The notes under the pieces: generated by a model
Database searches by the model: none
What the model saw: the letters and a program-made list of their open reading frames with translations, nothing else
What the model was told of the DNA's origin: nothing
In this document: piece after piece, positions 25,866 to 38,344 of the stretch
Numbering within the stretch: position 1 is the first letter of the stretch
Layout of the letters: each line of letters opens with the position of its first letter
Translations under genes and position numbers: made by a program
Origin: Pseudomonas aeruginosa PAO1
Lineage (GTDB): Bacteria; Pseudomonadota; Gammaproteobacteria; Pseudomonadales; Pseudomonadaceae
Strand: one strand, 5' to 3'
NCBI RefSeq assembly: GCF_000006765.1
Contig: NC_002516.2
DNA length: 64,000 nucleotides

Positions 25866-26767
25866 ACGACGCCTACGAACAACTGCGCCAGGCCGTCCAG
25901 GCCTGGGCCGCCGCCGGCTACCTGCCGGAGACCCTGGCCTACGGCTTCGTCGTCAACGCGCTCCTCGCCGGCCTGCTGATCGGCCCGGTGCTCGGCGGCC
26001 TCGGCACCCTGGTGGTGGTCAAGCGCTTCGCCTTCTTCTCCGAGGCGGTCGGCCACGCCGCGCTCACCGGCGTGGCCATCGGCATCCTTCTCGGCGAGCC
26101 CTACACCGGGCCCTACGGCAGCCTGTTCGGCTACTGCCTGCTGTTCGGCGTCCTGCTCAACTACCTGCGCAACCGCACCGGCCTGGCCCCGGACACCCTG
26201 ATCGGGGTGTTCCTCTCGGTGTCCCTGGCGCTCGGCGCCAGCCTGTTGCTGGTGCTGGCGGGCAAGATCAACGTGCATATCCTCGAGAACGTGCTGTTCG
26301 GCTCGGTGCTGACCGTGAACGGCCATGACCTCGCGGTGCTGGCGGCGGTCGCCGTGCTGGTGCCGTGCCTGGCCCTGCCGCTGTACAACCGCATCATGCT
26401 GGCCAGCTTCAACCCGCAACTGGCGGCGGTGCGCGGGGTCGCGGTGAAGAGCCTGGACTACCTGTTCGTGGCCCTGGTGACCCTGGTCACCGTCGCCGCG
26501 GTGAAAGTGATCGGCGCGATCCTGGTCGGAGCCCTGCTGGTGATCCCGGCGGCGGCGGCGCGCCTGGTCAGCCAGTCGCTGAAAGGGTTCTTCTGGCTGG
26601 CGGTGCTGATCGCCACCGTCAGCACGCTGGCCGGTATCCTGTTGCCGATCATGTTCGACCTGCCGATTCCCTCCGGCGCCGCGATCATCCTGGTCGCCGG
26701 CCTGGCCTTCGGCCTCGCCGCCATCGCTCGCGGCTGCCTGCCGCACCTGAAAGGAACCCCCGGATGA
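25862..26767 (+). CDS. fpvE: ABC transporter permease FpvE (ZnuB-like)
   Basis: ATG 25862 (MNDAYEQL...); multi-TM; FFSEAVGHAALTG motif. Confidence 0.88.
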   Translation: MNDAYEQLRQAVQAWAAAGYLPETLAYGFVVNALLAGLLIGPVLGGLGTLVVVKRFAFFSEAVGHAALTGVAIGILLGEPYTGPYGSLFGYCLLFGVLLNYLRNRTGLAPDTLIGVFLSVSLALGASLLLVLAGKINVHILENVLFGSVLTVNGHDLAVLAAVAVLVPCLALPLYNRIMLASFNPQLAAVRGVAVKSLDYLFVALVTLVTVAAVKVIGAILVGALLVIPAAAARLVSQSLKGFFWLAVLIATVSTLAGILLPIMFDLPIPSGAAIILVAGLAFGLAAIARGCLPHLKGTPG

Positions 26768-27681
26768 ACCTGAAACCCCATTGCCTCGCCCTGGCCCTGG
26801 CTTGCGCCGGACTCGCCGGCCCGCTCCCGGCCCTCGCCGCGACGCCGGCCGCGGCCCAGTCCGCGCCAGTCACGGTACTGGCCAGCCTGCCGGTCACCCA
26901 CGCCCTCGCCGAACGCCTGCTGCGGGACACCGAGGTCAAACTGCAACGGGTCGCCCCGGCCAACCTGCCGGCCAGCCGCCAGGCCTCGTTCTTTGCTGGG
27001 CGCGGCGCCGGCGGCCTGGCCAAGGCCGCCGGGCAGGCCGACGCGGTGATCGACCTGCGCTCGATCTGGAGCGACGACCCGCTCTATCCGCTGGCCCGCC
27101 GTAGCAATATCCGTATCGTCGAGATCGACGCCGCGCGTCCGGTGGACGGCGCCCTGCCCGGCATCGCCCTGCGCCCCGGCAGCGACCTGCATGCCTACCC
27201 CTGGCTCAACCCGACCAACCTGGGGCGCATGGCCGATGTCCTCGCCAGCGACCTGGAACGCCTGGCGCCCGGCGCCGCAGCGACCATCCAGGCCAACCTG
27301 GCGACGCTGAAGAAGCAATTGCTGGAAGCGACCGCCAGTAACGAGACTCGCCTGGCGAAGGCCGACAACCTCAGCGTGATCAGCCTCTCCGAACGCCTCG
27401 GCTACCTGCTCGCCGGGCTCAACCTGGACCCGCTGGACGTGGAGATCCAGGCCGACGACGGCTGGACCGAGACCAATATCCAGGCTTTCGCCGAGGAGCT
27501 GAAGAGCGAGGATATCGCCCTGGTCCTGCACCATCGCCAACCACCCAAGCCCCTCGCCGATGCCATCGCCGCCAGCGGCGCACGCCTGATAGTGGTGGAC
27601 ACCGAGGCGGCGGACCCGGTGGCCGGCCTGGAAAGTGACATGAAAGCGATAGTCGAAGGGCTGCTGGCCGGTAAGGGCTGA
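26764..27681 (+). CDS. fpvF: Second substrate-binding protein FpvF
   Basis: ATG 26764 (MNLKPHCLALAL...); signal peptide; PWLNP motif. Confidence 0.85.
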   Translation: MNLKPHCLALALACAGLAGPLPALAATPAAAQSAPVTVLASLPVTHALAERLLRDTEVKLQRVAPANLPASRQASFFAGRGAGGLAKAAGQADAVIDLRSIWSDDPLYPLARRSNIRIVEIDAARPVDGALPGIALRPGSDLHAYPWLNPTNLGRMADVLASDLERLAPGAAATIQANLATLKKQLLEATASNETRLAKADNLSVISLSERLGYLLAGLNLDPLDVEIQADDGWTETNIQAFAEELKSEDIALVLHHRQPPKPLADAIAASGARLIVVDTEAADPVAGLESDMKAIVEGLLAGKG

Positions 27682-27697
27682 GCCGCGCCTCGTAACG

Positions 27698-27734
27698 AAA
27701 AAGGCCGGGGAGCGCTGCTCCCCGGCCTTTTTTT
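27698..27734. terminator. Bidirectional intrinsic terminator between convergent fpvF and thioesterase gene
   Basis: AAAAAGGCCGGGGAGC-GCT-GCTCCCCGGCCTTTTTTT perfect inverted repeat. Confidence 0.9.
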
Positions 27735-27780
27735 CGTCGACATCGGACCCGCCGCAGGGCCTATGGCGCCCTCGCGGGCA

Positions 27781-28545
27781 TCAGCAGATCGCCGCCGACT
27801 CCACCGCCAACGCCGCGGCGCCCTGCCCCGCGCGCCAGGCCTCGACCTGGCACTCGACGACCGCCAGCACCTCGGCCTCGCGCTGATGGATGAAGAAGTG
27901 CCCGCCGTCGAACAGTTCCAGTTCGAAACCGCTGCGGGTTTCCTCGGCCCAGGCCAGCAACTGTTCTTCGCTGGCCTTGTCCTCCCTGCCGCCAAGCGTT
28001 CGGATCGGACAGGCCAACGGCGGGCGCCGCTGGTGACGATAGCTGCCGCAGAGCAGGAAATCGGCGCGCAGGATCGGCAGGGTCAGGCTCATCAGCTCGC
28101 GGTTGCCCAGCACCTCTTCCGGCGTACCTTGCAGGTCGCGCAGGTCGGCGATCAGCTCGGCGTCGCTCTTCGGTTCGGCGAAACCGCGGTCATACTCGGC
28201 GCGTCGCGACGGCGCCGCGGTGCCGCAGGCGAAGAACCCCAGCGGCGTCGGGCAACCCAGCTCGCGCAAGGCATACAGCACCTCGCAGGCGAGCAAGGCG
28301 CCGAGGCTGTGCCCGAGCATCGCGTAGGGGCCCTGGCGGACCTCGTCGTGCAGCTCGCGCGCCAGTTGCTGCGCCAGGCTCGCCAGGTCGGTCTGCAACG
28401 GCTCGGCCATCCGCGCCCCGCGCCCCGGCAACTCCACCGGACGCACCGCCAGCCAGGCCGGCAGCTTGCGCCGCCAGCGGCTGTAGGTCATGGCGCTGGC
28501 GCCGGAATACGGCAGGCAGAACAGCCGTACGGGCGTACCGCCCAC
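27781..28545 (-). CDS. Type II thioesterase (PA2411-like)
   Basis: LFCLPYSGAS, GHSLG nucleophile, LRADF, GGHFF; GTG start abutting the mbtH stop. Confidence 0.9.
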   Translation of the reverse strand: MGGTPVRLFCLPYSGASAMTYSRWRRKLPAWLAVRPVELPGRGARMAEPLQTDLASLAQQLARELHDEVRQGPYAMLGHSLGALLACEVLYALRELGCPTPLGFFACGTAAPSRRAEYDRGFAEPKSDAELIADLRDLQGTPEEVLGNRELMSLTLPILRADFLLCGSYRHQRRPPLACPIRTLGGREDKASEEQLLAWAEETRSGFELELFDGGHFFIHQREAEVLAVVECQVEAWRAGQGAAALAVESAAIC

Positions 28546-30255
<1,710 letters not shown>

Positions 30256-30340
30256 TCAACCCTCAAGGCGTGGTGGTGTTCCACTGGCAACCGGCGATCC
30301 GGCCGCCAGGGGCGGCATTCGCGGATCGGATGCACAGGAG

Positions 30341-30364
30341 ACGCAGGAGGGACGCACGGATTTA
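30341..30364 (-). promoter_or_regulatory. PvdS-dependent promoter of pvdH
   Basis: Exact TAAAT-N16-CGT. Confidence 0.85.
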
Positions 30365-30429
30365 CTGCGCCGGACCGCAGCACCGTGCTCGGACCGCCAG
30401 CTCCGGCCCGGACACCGTCGAGCGGGCCG

Positions 30430-31749
30430 CTAGTCGGCGCCCGCGGCGCTCACCCGCCAGATCGCGTTGCCGACGTCGTCGGCGATCAGCAACGCGCCGT
30501 CGGCCGCCTGCGCCAACCCCACCGGCGCGCCGAACAACTGCTTCTCGTCCGCGGAGACGAACCCGGTCACCACCGGCTGCGGCGCACCGGCGGGCTTGCC
30601 GTCGGCGAACGGCACATGGACCACCTGGAAGCCGCTGACCGGCGAGCGGTTCCAACTGCCGTGCTCGCTGACGAAGGCGCCGTTGCGATAGCGCTCGGGC
30701 AACTCGTTGCCGGTGTAGAAGAACAGGCCCAGCGCGGCCACGTGGGAACCCAGCGCGTAGTCGGGGACGATGGCCTTCGCCACCAGGTCGGGACGCTGCG
30801 GCTTCACCCGCGAATCCAGGTGCTGGCCGAAGTAGCTGTAGGGCCAGCCGTAGAAGCCGCCCTCCCGTACCGAGGTCAGGTAGTCCGGGACCAGGTCGTT
30901 GCCGATCTCGTCGCGCTCGTTGACGATGGTCCACAGCTTGCCGGAGACCGGTTCCCACTGCAGGCCGGTCGGGTTGCGCAGGCCGGAGGCGTAGATGCGG
31001 CTGCCGCGGCTGGCGACGTCCACCTCGAGAATCGCCGCGCGACGGTATTCGATCGCCGCGCCGTTCTCGGTGATGTTGCTGTTCGAACCGACGCCCACGT
31101 AGAGCTTGCGCCCGTCGGGACTGGCGAGCAGCGCCTTGGTCCAGTGGTGGTTGATGGTGTCCGGCAGGTCGGTGAACTCCATCCCCGGGTCGGCGACCCG
31201 GGTTTCACCCGGCACGTAGCGGTAGCGCATGATGTTCCCGGTATTGGCGACATACAGGTAATCCCCCACCCGCTGCACGCCGAACGGCGAGTCCAGCCCT
31301 TCCAGGAACACGTACTTCTGCCACTGGCCTCCGGCGCCGGCTCGGCGCAGCAGGGTGATGCGGTTGCCGCCCTTGCCGGCCTTGCCGGACTTCCCCTTGA
31401 CCATCCCCGCGATGAGTTGCTTCGGCGTGGTCACCGGCGCGGTGCCGGGCGAGTTGGCCTCCACCACCAGCACATCGCCGTTGGGCAAGACCAGCAACTG
31501 GCGAGGGTGTTGCAGGCCATCGGCGATCTTCTCGATCTTCAGGCCCTGGGCCACCGTCGGCTTGGCCTCTCCCGACCAGCCCACGCCTTCCGGTACCTTC
31601 ATCGGCGGCAGGAGGAAGTGCTTCGGTTCCGGAAGCGCCGGATTGGCGCCGGTCTGCTGCTGCGGATCGTTCTGCGACCCCTGGTTGCAGCCGGCCAGGG
31701 CCAGGCCGAGGGCAAGCGCGACGGGACGCAGCGAGTGGAGGCTAGCCAT
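30430..31749 (-). CDS. Sorbosone/glucose dehydrogenase family (PQQ beta-propeller) lipoprotein
   Basis: Lipobox LAGC; motifs YVGVGSNSN, GLRNPTG, NERDEIG, YGWPY. Confidence 0.85.
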   Translation of the reverse strand: MASLHSLRPVALALGLALAGCNQGSQNDPQQQTGANPALPEPKHFLLPPMKVPEGVGWSGEAKPTVAQGLKIEKIADGLQHPRQLLVLPNGDVLVVEANSPGTAPVTTPKQLIAGMVKGKSGKAGKGGNRITLLRRAGAGGQWQKYVFLEGLDSPFGVQRVGDYLYVANTGNIMRYRYVPGETRVADPGMEFTDLPDTINHHWTKALLASPDGRKLYVGVGSNSNITENGAAIEYRRAAILEVDVASRGSRIYASGLRNPTGLQWEPVSGKLWTIVNERDEIGNDLVPDYLTSVREGGFYGWPYSYFGQHLDSRVKPQRPDLVAKAIVPDYALGSHVAALGLFFYTGNELPERYRNGAFVSEHGSWNRSPVSGFQVVHVPFADGKPAGAPQPVVTGFVSADEKQLFGAPVGLAQAADGALLIADDVGNAIWRVSAAGAD

Positions 31750-32167
31750 GCGCCACCTCCTCCGCGGATACCGCCAGGAGCGCCTCTCCCAGCGCCAGCA
31801 GCAGCACCGTCGCGATCGACAGCCATAGCCCGGCCGGCATCACCGCATAGGCGTCGCGGCTGTGCACGAAGGCATTGAAGATGGCCAGGACGATGCCGGC
31901 GAACTTCAGCAAGGAGGAAACCCTGGCCGCCGCAACCACCGCCGCGCGCCGCAGCAGCCATACGCGGCACAGATCGACGATGCAGGGCAGGATGGCGAAC
32001 AGCAGGCCGAGACTGATCAGCCAGGCCGCGCTCTTGCCCCACATCACCTCCGCCGTGGCGAAATAGGTGGCATCGAAGACCAGGGCGGCGACGAAGAAAC
32101 CGAAGGGAACCGGGTTGAGGACGTTGTAGAAGGCGTCCAGCGGTCTGAAGCGTAGTGCGGTGGCCAT
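31742..32167 (-). CDS. Small multi-TM membrane protein (DUF2231-like, 141 aa)
   Basis: Start MATALRF; hydrophobic helices, FVHSRD motif; stop overlaps the dehydrogenase start. Confidence 0.72.
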   Translation of the reverse strand: MATALRFRPLDAFYNVLNPVPFGFFVAALVFDATYFATAEVMWGKSAAWLISLGLLFAILPCIVDLCRVWLLRRAAVVAAARVSSLLKFAGIVLAIFNAFVHSRDAYAVMPAGLWLSIATVLLLALGEALLAVSAEEVAHG

Positions 32168-32525
32168 TGCGAAACACTCCTCTCGGGAAACGCAGGCTTC
32201 CCGACGTGAAGGGACGGGCAGGAGATTCGAACCGCCGAGGCCCTGCGCAAGGCGCGGGCAGCGGGGAACGGCACGGCGAAACGGCGACTGGGGGGCTCGC
32301 GCCCCTTCTGCGACGGACCTGCGCGAAGCGCTGGAGTTCATCCGCAAGGACCTGTCGGAAGCGATAGGTACGCTGGCGATCCTTCCGATGGAACTTCGTG
32401 CGCCGCGACTCACCGAAACAGGGGTAGCGCCCTTCCCGGCCCTCCCGCCGGGTTGCCGCGCCGCCCCAGGCGCACCCCGCCGGCGACCGATCCGCGCCCG
32501 GCGTTTGCCGAAGAGGAGACAGCCG

Positions 32526-34163
32526 ATGCCTGATCGAACCGCTCTACCCCGCGCCATGCTCGCGGCCTGGGTCCTGCTCCTGCTGGCGGCCTGCAGCCAG
32601 GGCCCGGCGCCTACCCCGCCCGCGTCCTGGGGTTGGCAGGACGCCAGCGGCGAACGCGCGATCGCCCCCGACGAAGCCTATCCCGAGCTGTTCCAGGCGG
32701 TGCAGGAAAACCGGCTGTTCAGCGACCAGAAGCACTTCGTCGATGCGCTCCCGCTGCGCGAGCCTGCACGGATCCGCGCCGACTACCTGCGCGAGAGGGA
32801 GCGGCCCGGCTTCGACCTGCGCGCCTTCGTCGGCCGCAACTTCGAGGAGTCCGGCAGCGTCGAGACCGCCCCGCCGGAAGCGGGTGCCGATCTCGCCAGC
32901 CACATCAGCGACCTGTGGCCGGCGTTGACCCGCCACTACGAGCAGGTGCCGGCCCACAGCAGCCTGCTGCCGCTGCCGAAACCCTACGTGGTCCCCGGCG
33001 GACGCTTCCGCGAGGTGTACTACTGGGACTCCTACTTCACCATGCTCGGCCTTGCGGAGAGCGGGCAGCACCAGCGGGTGCGCGACATGCTCGACAACTT
33101 CGCCTACCTGATCGATACCTACGGGCACATTCCCAACGGTAACCGCAGCTACTACCTGAGCCGTTCGCAGCCGCCGTTCTTCGCCTACATGGTGGATCTC
33201 CAGGCAAGACGCGAAGGCGACGCCGCCTACCGGCGCTACCTGCCGCAGCTACAGAAGGAATACGCCTACTGGATGGAAGGCTCCGCCGGGCTGCGCCCCA
33301 ACGAGGCGCGCCTGCACGTGGTGAAACTGGCCGACGGAAGCCTGCTGAACCGCTACTGGGACAACCGTGACACACCGCGCCAGGAGTCCTTCCTGGAGGA
33401 CCGGGCGACCGCCGCGCGCGCCCCGCAGCGCCCCGCGGGCGAGGTCTATCGCGACCTGCGGGCCGGCGCGGAAAGCGGCTGGGACTTCTCCTCCCGCTGG
33501 CTGGACGACGGCCGCGAACTGGCCAGCATCCGCACCACCGCCATCGTCCCGGTGGACCTCAACGCCCTGCTCTACCATCTCGAACGAATCATCGCCAAGG
33601 CCTGCGCCAGCAGCGCGCTGAAGGCCTGCGAGCAAGGCTACGGCGCCCGCGCGGAGAAGCGACGACAGGCCATCGAAGACCACCTCTGGCACCCGGCGGG
33701 CTACTACGCCGACTACGACTGGCAACGCCGGCGGCCCATCGAGCGGATCAACGCCGCCAGCCTCTTCCCGCTATTCACCGGGCTGGCCTCCGCCGAACGC
33801 GCCGGTCGTACCGCCGACAGCGTCGCCGCCCAACTGCTGCGCCCGGGCGGACTGGCCACCACCACCCGTGCCAGCGGCCAGCAATGGGACGAGCCGAACG
33901 GCTGGGCACCCTTGCAGTGGGTCGCCGTACAGGGCCTGCGCGCCTACGGCCGGGACGCCCTGGCGGAAGACATCGGCCGGCGATTCCTCGCCCAGGTGCA
34001 GCAGGTCTACGACCGCGAAGGAAAACTGGTGGAGAAATACGACATCAGCGGCAACCAGGGCGGCGGCGGCGGTGGCGAGTACCCGTTGCAGGACGGCTTC
34101 GGCTGGTCCAACGGCGTGACCCTGCAACTGCTCCGACTCTACGGCCCGGGCGCCGGTCGCTGA
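32526..34163 (+). CDS. treA: Periplasmic trehalase, GH37 (545 aa)
   Basis: PGGRFREVYYWDSY, RSQPP, ESGWDFSSRW, QWDEPNGWAP, DGFGWSNG; GAGGAG RBS before ATG 32526; lipobox-like LAAC. Confidence 0.93.
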   Translation: MPDRTALPRAMLAAWVLLLLAACSQGPAPTPPASWGWQDASGERAIAPDEAYPELFQAVQENRLFSDQKHFVDALPLREPARIRADYLRERERPGFDLRAFVGRNFEESGSVETAPPEAGADLASHISDLWPALTRHYEQVPAHSSLLPLPKPYVVPGGRFREVYYWDSYFTMLGLAESGQHQRVRDMLDNFAYLIDTYGHIPNGNRSYYLSRSQPPFFAYMVDLQARREGDAAYRRYLPQLQKEYAYWMEGSAGLRPNEARLHVVKLADGSLLNRYWDNRDTPRQESFLEDRATAARAPQRPAGEVYRDLRAGAESGWDFSSRWLDDGRELASIRTTAIVPVDLNALLYHLERIIAKACASSALKACEQGYGARAEKRRQAIEDHLWHPAGYYADYDWQRRRPIERINAASLFPLFTGLASAERAGRTADSVAAQLLRPGGLATTTRASGQQWDEPNGWAPLQWVAVQGLRAYGRDALAEDIGRRFLAQVQQVYDREGKLVEKYDISGNQGGGGGGEYPLQDGFGWSNGVTLQLLRLYGPGAGR

Positions 34164-34166
34164 GCC

Positions 34167-35105
34167 TCAGCCCGGCTCCGGGTACTGGCGCTGCGCGGCG
34201 TCGGCGAAGCCTGCGGCGAGAAAGTCGATCAGCGCGCGGACCGAAGGCAACAGCCCGCGCCGCGAGGGGAACATTGCCACCACCATGCCTTCCACCGGCG
34301 TCCACTCCGGCAGCACCCGCACCAGCCGGCGCTCGGCCAGGTCGCGACTGACCACGCAGAGCGGCAGGCCGCCGATCCCGACGCCCTCCAGCACCGCCTG
34401 GCGCAAGGTGCCGAGGTCGTCGCTGAGCAGTTGCGGGCGCAGGTTGAGGGCCGCGCTGCTGCCATCCGCGCCGACCAGCCGCAGGCTGCCGTCCAGGCGC
34501 GAACGCTCCCAGCCGACGTAGGGCATCGCCGACAGGTCGGCCGGCAGCTCCGGCGGGCGGTAGCGGGCCAGCAGCTCCGGGCTGGCCACCAGCACCTGCG
34601 GGCTGCGTGCCAGCACCTTCATCACCAGGTCGCTGTCCTCCAGCGGCGGGAAACGCAGCGACAGCGAGATGTCGTAGCCTTCGGCGATCACGTCGACCCG
34701 GCGATTGAAGGTCTTCACATACAGCTCGACGTTCGGATACTGCGCCATGAAGCGCGCCAGCATCGGCGCCAGTTCGAAGTGCAGCAGCGGCGTCGAGCAG
34801 GTCAGGCGGACCATTCCGCACGGCTCCGAGCGGTTCTGTTCGATGACGTCCTCGGCAGCCTCCGCTTCCACCGTCATCGCCACGCAATGACGGTAGTAGG
34901 CCTGGCCGATCTCGGTCACCTGGAATTGCCGCGTCGAGCGCTGCACCAGGCGTACGCCCAGGCGCGCCTCGAGCTGCGCGACCTTGCGGCTGATGGTCGA
35001 CTTGGGAATCCCCAACACCCGCCCGGCGGGGGCGAAGCCACCGTGCTCGACCACCTTGGCATAGATGAAAAGCGCGTTCAGATCGAACACCAGCTCACCA
35101 CTCAT
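34167..35105 (-). CDS. LysR-family regulator (CrgA/DmlR-like)
   Basis: N-terminal HTH GGFAPAGRVLGIPKSTISRKVAQLE; divergent from pirin. Confidence 0.9.
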   Translation of the reverse strand: MSGELVFDLNALFIYAKVVEHGGFAPAGRVLGIPKSTISRKVAQLEARLGVRLVQRSTRQFQVTEIGQAYYRHCVAMTVEAEAAEDVIEQNRSEPCGMVRLTCSTPLLHFELAPMLARFMAQYPNVELYVKTFNRRVDVIAEGYDISLSLRFPPLEDSDLVMKVLARSPQVLVASPELLARYRPPELPADLSAMPYVGWERSRLDGSLRLVGADGSSAALNLRPQLLSDDLGTLRQAVLEGVGIGGLPLCVVSRDLAERRLVRVLPEWTPVEGMVVAMFPSRRGLLPSVRALIDFLAAGFADAAQRQYPEPG

Positions 35106-35106
35106 C

Positions 35107-35166
35107 GTTCCACCTGCGAGACTCTGAGACTTGATTTGCGGACTACCGGTTCCCACTCCCGGGAAC
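35107..35166. promoter_or_regulatory. Candidate LysR operator region
   Basis: GTTCCACCTGCGAGAC (contains T-N11-A) and palindrome GTTCCC-N6-GGGAAC in the 100-bp divergent gap. Confidence 0.4.
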
Positions 35167-35205
35167 TAGCGTATCGCTCCATCGACTCAATCGAGGAGCA
35201 CCGAC

Positions 35206-36066
35206 GTGAAAAAGGTCCTGGGAATCTACGGCAACGCCAACCGCCACTGGGTGGGCGACGGATTCCCCGTTCGTTCGCTCTTTTCCTACAACACACTGGG
35301 CCAGCATATCAGCCCGTTCCTCTTGCTGGACTACGCCGGGCCTGCTGATTTCCCCCCCGCACAGCAGCGCCGCGGCGTAGGCCAGCATCCTCATCGCGGC
35401 TTCGAGACGGTGACCATCGTCTACCAGGGCGAGGTCGAGCACCACGACTCCACCGGCGCCGGCGGACGCATCGGGCCGGGGGATGTGCAGTGGATGACGG
35501 CGGCCTCCGGGATCCTCCACGAGGAGTACCACTCGGAACGCTTCCGTAGCACAGGTGGAACGCTGGAAATGGTCCAGCTATGGGTCAACCTGCCCTCCAG
35601 CGACAAGATGAACCCGCCGCGCTACCAGACCCTGCTGGATGCCGACATTCCCCGCGTCGGCCTGCCCGACAGGGCCGGCGAACTGCGGGTGATCGCCGGA
35701 CGCTACGGCCGCCACCAGGGGCCGGCGCTGACCCACTCGCCGCTGGCGGTCTGGGACGTGCAGCTGAAGGCCGGCAAGCACCTCGCCCTCGACCTGCCCA
35801 AGGGACATACCTGCGCCGTGGTGGTCCTGCGCGGCACCCTCGCGGTCGGCGACGAGATCGTTCGCGAAGCCCAGGTCGCCCTGCTCGACCGCGACGACCC
35901 GCGGCTGGAACTGGAAGCCAACAACGACGTGCAGTTGCTGGTGCTCAGCGGCGAGCCGCTGGACGAGCCGATCATCGGCTATGGCCCCTTCGTGATGAGC
36001 AGCCGCGAGGAAATCGACCAGGCCATCGAGGACTTCGAGAACGGGCGCTTCATCCGCGCCCACTGA
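35206..36066 (+). CDS. Pirin family protein
   Basis: Metal ligands HPHRGFET and GILHEE; GTG start with GAGGAG RBS. Confidence 0.92.
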   Translation: MKKVLGIYGNANRHWVGDGFPVRSLFSYNTLGQHISPFLLLDYAGPADFPPAQQRRGVGQHPHRGFETVTIVYQGEVEHHDSTGAGGRIGPGDVQWMTAASGILHEEYHSERFRSTGGTLEMVQLWVNLPSSDKMNPPRYQTLLDADIPRVGLPDRAGELRVIAGRYGRHQGPALTHSPLAVWDVQLKAGKHLALDLPKGHTCAVVVLRGTLAVGDEIVREAQVALLDRDDPRLELEANNDVQLLVLSGEPLDEPIIGYGPFVMSSREEIDQAIEDFENGRFIRAH

Positions 36067-36163
36067 AGTCCGCCCCCCTACGACATGGCCCGCGCAGGAA
36101 GCGCGGGCCCGGCCGGGCTTTGCCCGAAATTCACGGACGACCACCCTGCAAGAGGAAATGGAA

Positions 36164-36844
36164 ATGAGCGCTCCCGCCAACTTCAACGGCCAGACCCCGA
36201 AGATCGATCCGGCCAACGCCGCCATGTTGCTGATCGACCACCAGAGCGGCCTGTTCCAGACGGTCAAGGACATGCCGATGACCGAACTGCGCGCCAACGC
36301 CACCACCCTGGCCAAGGTCGCCACCCTGGCGAAGATCCCGGTGATCACCACCGCCTCGGTACCGCAGGGCCCCAACGGCCCGCTGATCCCGGAGATCCAC
36401 GAGGCCGCGCCGCACGCCCAGTACGTCGCGCGCAAGGGTGAGATCAATGCCTGGGACAACCCGGAATTCGTCGCCGCGGTGAAGGCCACCGGCAAGAAGC
36501 AACTGATCATCGCCGGCACCATCACCAGCGTGTGCATGGCCTTCCCCAGCATCGCCGCGGTACACGACGGCTACCAGGTATTCGCGGTGATCGACGCCTC
36601 CGGCACCTACTCCAAGATGGCCCAGGAAATCACCCTGGCACGGGTGGTCCAGGCCGGCGTGGTGCCGATGGACACCGCCGCGGTCTGCTCGGAAATCCAG
36701 CGTACCTGGAACCGCGACGACGCCGTGCAGTTCGCCGAAGCCTACAGCGCGGTATTCCCGCACTACCAACTGCTGATCGAGAGCTACGCCAAGGCCCAGG
36801 CCGTGGTCAACAACCACGAGCAACTGGATTCGCAGCGCAAGTGA
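36164..36844 (+). CDS. YcaC-like isochorismatase-superfamily hydrolase
   Basis: LLIDHQ (Asp), [17 protein letters not shown] (Cys nucleophile). Confidence 0.88.
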   Translation: MSAPANFNGQTPKIDPANAAMLLIDHQSGLFQTVKDMPMTELRANATTLAKVATLAKIPVITTASVPQGPNGPLIPEIHEAAPHAQYVARKGEINAWDNPEFVAAVKATGKKQLIIAGTITSVCMAFPSIAAVHDGYQVFAVIDASGTYSKMAQEITLARVVQAGVVPMDTAAVCSEIQRTWNRDDAVQFAEAYSAVFPHYQLLIESYAKAQAVVNNHEQLDSQRK

Positions 36845-36925
36845 TCCATGGGAAGGAAGGGGCTGCACGCCCCTTCTTTTGCCGAGCAGGAGCCTGGTGG
36901 ACAGCAACGACTACGGACCGGACCC

Positions 36926-38344
36926 ATGCCTGATTCCTCCATGAAGCGCGGGGCTACGCTCTGCCTTGCCCTTGCCATAGGTCCGGGCTCGACCCTCGCC
37001 GACGACTCCCTGGGCCATCGCGACAACATCAGCACCGGCCTGAACCAGCGGCAGAAAGCCGAAATGAAGGTGCCGCCGGGCTTCGTCGAAGGCTCGACGC
37101 TGAACGGTTTCATCCGCAACTACTATTTCGCCCGCGACAACCACGACACCCCGTCCCGCCGCGACCAGCGCGAATGGGCCCAGGGCCTGATGCTGTCGTT
37201 CCGCTCCGGCTATACCGACACGCCGATAGGCATCGGCCTGGATGCGCACGCCTTCTACGGCCTGCGCCTGGACGGCGGTGGCGGCAGCGGCGGTGCCGGC
37301 GTGCTGCCGCTGGACTCCGCCGGTCGCCCCGCCGACAGCTTCTCCGCGGCCGGCGCGGCCCTCAAGCTGCGCGGCCTGGACAGCCTGCTGAAGATCGGCG
37401 ACCAGTTGCTGGAGAACCCGGTGATCGCCAGCGGCGTCAGTCGCATGGTGCCGCAGAGCTACCGTGGCGTGACCCTGAAGAACTACCATTTCCGCGCGCT
37501 CGAACTGGACGCCGGCTTCGTCGAAGCCACCCGCCTGCGCAACCAGAGCGGCCACAGTCATCTCACCAGCGGCTACGGCAACGGCACCAAGGGCGGTATC
37601 GCCGCCGATCGCGAAAGCCCGCACATCGCCTGGCTGGGCGCCAGCTACAGCGCCCCCGGCGGCAGCCAGGCGACGCTCTACAGCGGCCGCCTGGAGGATA
37701 TCTGGAACCAGCACTACCTCGGCCTCAGCCAGCCGTGGCGGCTTTCCAGCCAATTGACCCTGACGCCCTGGCTGCATTACTACAAGACCCGCGACCAGGG
37801 CCGCAGCCAGCTCGGCCGGATCGACAACGACCTCTACAACGCCGGCCTGACCCTGGCCGGCGGCGGCCAGTCGCTGAGCCTCAGCCTGCAAAAGGTCGAT
37901 GGCGACACCCCGTTCGACTTCATCGCGCAGAACGACCGGACCTTCCTCTACGAAAGCAACGCCATGCAGTACGCCGACTTCAACGGCCCCGGCGAGCGCT
38001 CGTGGAAGATCCAGTACCAGGCCAGCCTGGCCTTCCTCGCCGCCCCGGACTGGCAATTCGGCGCCGCCTACGGCCGTGGCCAGGCCGACCTGACCCGGGT
38101 CGACCCGGACAGCGCGGGCTATGGCTACCTCTACAACCCCAATGGCAAGAACGCCCAGCACTGGGAACGCGACCTGTCGCTGCGCTACGCCTTCCCCGCC
38201 GGCCCGGCCAAGGGCCTCAGCGTGACCCTGCGCTGGGCCACCCACCGCCCCGGCGAAGGCTACACCGCCCCCGGCAACACCCGCGGCAACTCCAGCTCCG
38301 ACGAATACCGGGTGGTGGTCGACTACCCGATCAGGTTGCTCTGA
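36926..38344 (+). CDS. opdJ: OprD-family outer-membrane porin (probably OpdJ)
   Basis: RNYYFARD, EWAQG...FRSGYT, ADFNGPGERSW, terminal DYPIRLL; start codon uncertain; symbol from recalled synteny. Confidence 0.8.
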   Translation: MPDSSMKRGATLCLALAIGPGSTLADDSLGHRDNISTGLNQRQKAEMKVPPGFVEGSTLNGFIRNYYFARDNHDTPSRRDQREWAQGLMLSFRSGYTDTPIGIGLDAHAFYGLRLDGGGGSGGAGVLPLDSAGRPADSFSAAGAALKLRGLDSLLKIGDQLLENPVIASGVSRMVPQSYRGVTLKNYHFRALELDAGFVEATRLRNQSGHSHLTSGYGNGTKGGIAADRESPHIAWLGASYSAPGGSQATLYSGRLEDIWNQHYLGLSQPWRLSSQLTLTPWLHYYKTRDQGRSQLGRIDNDLYNAGLTLAGGGQSLSLSLQKVDGDTPFDFIAQNDRTFLYESNAMQYADFNGPGERSWKIQYQASLAFLAAPDWQFGAAYGRGQADLTRVDPDSAGYGYLYNPNGKNAQHWERDLSLRYAFPAGPAKGLSVTLRWATHRPGEGYTAPGNTRGNSSSDEYRVVVDYPIRLL

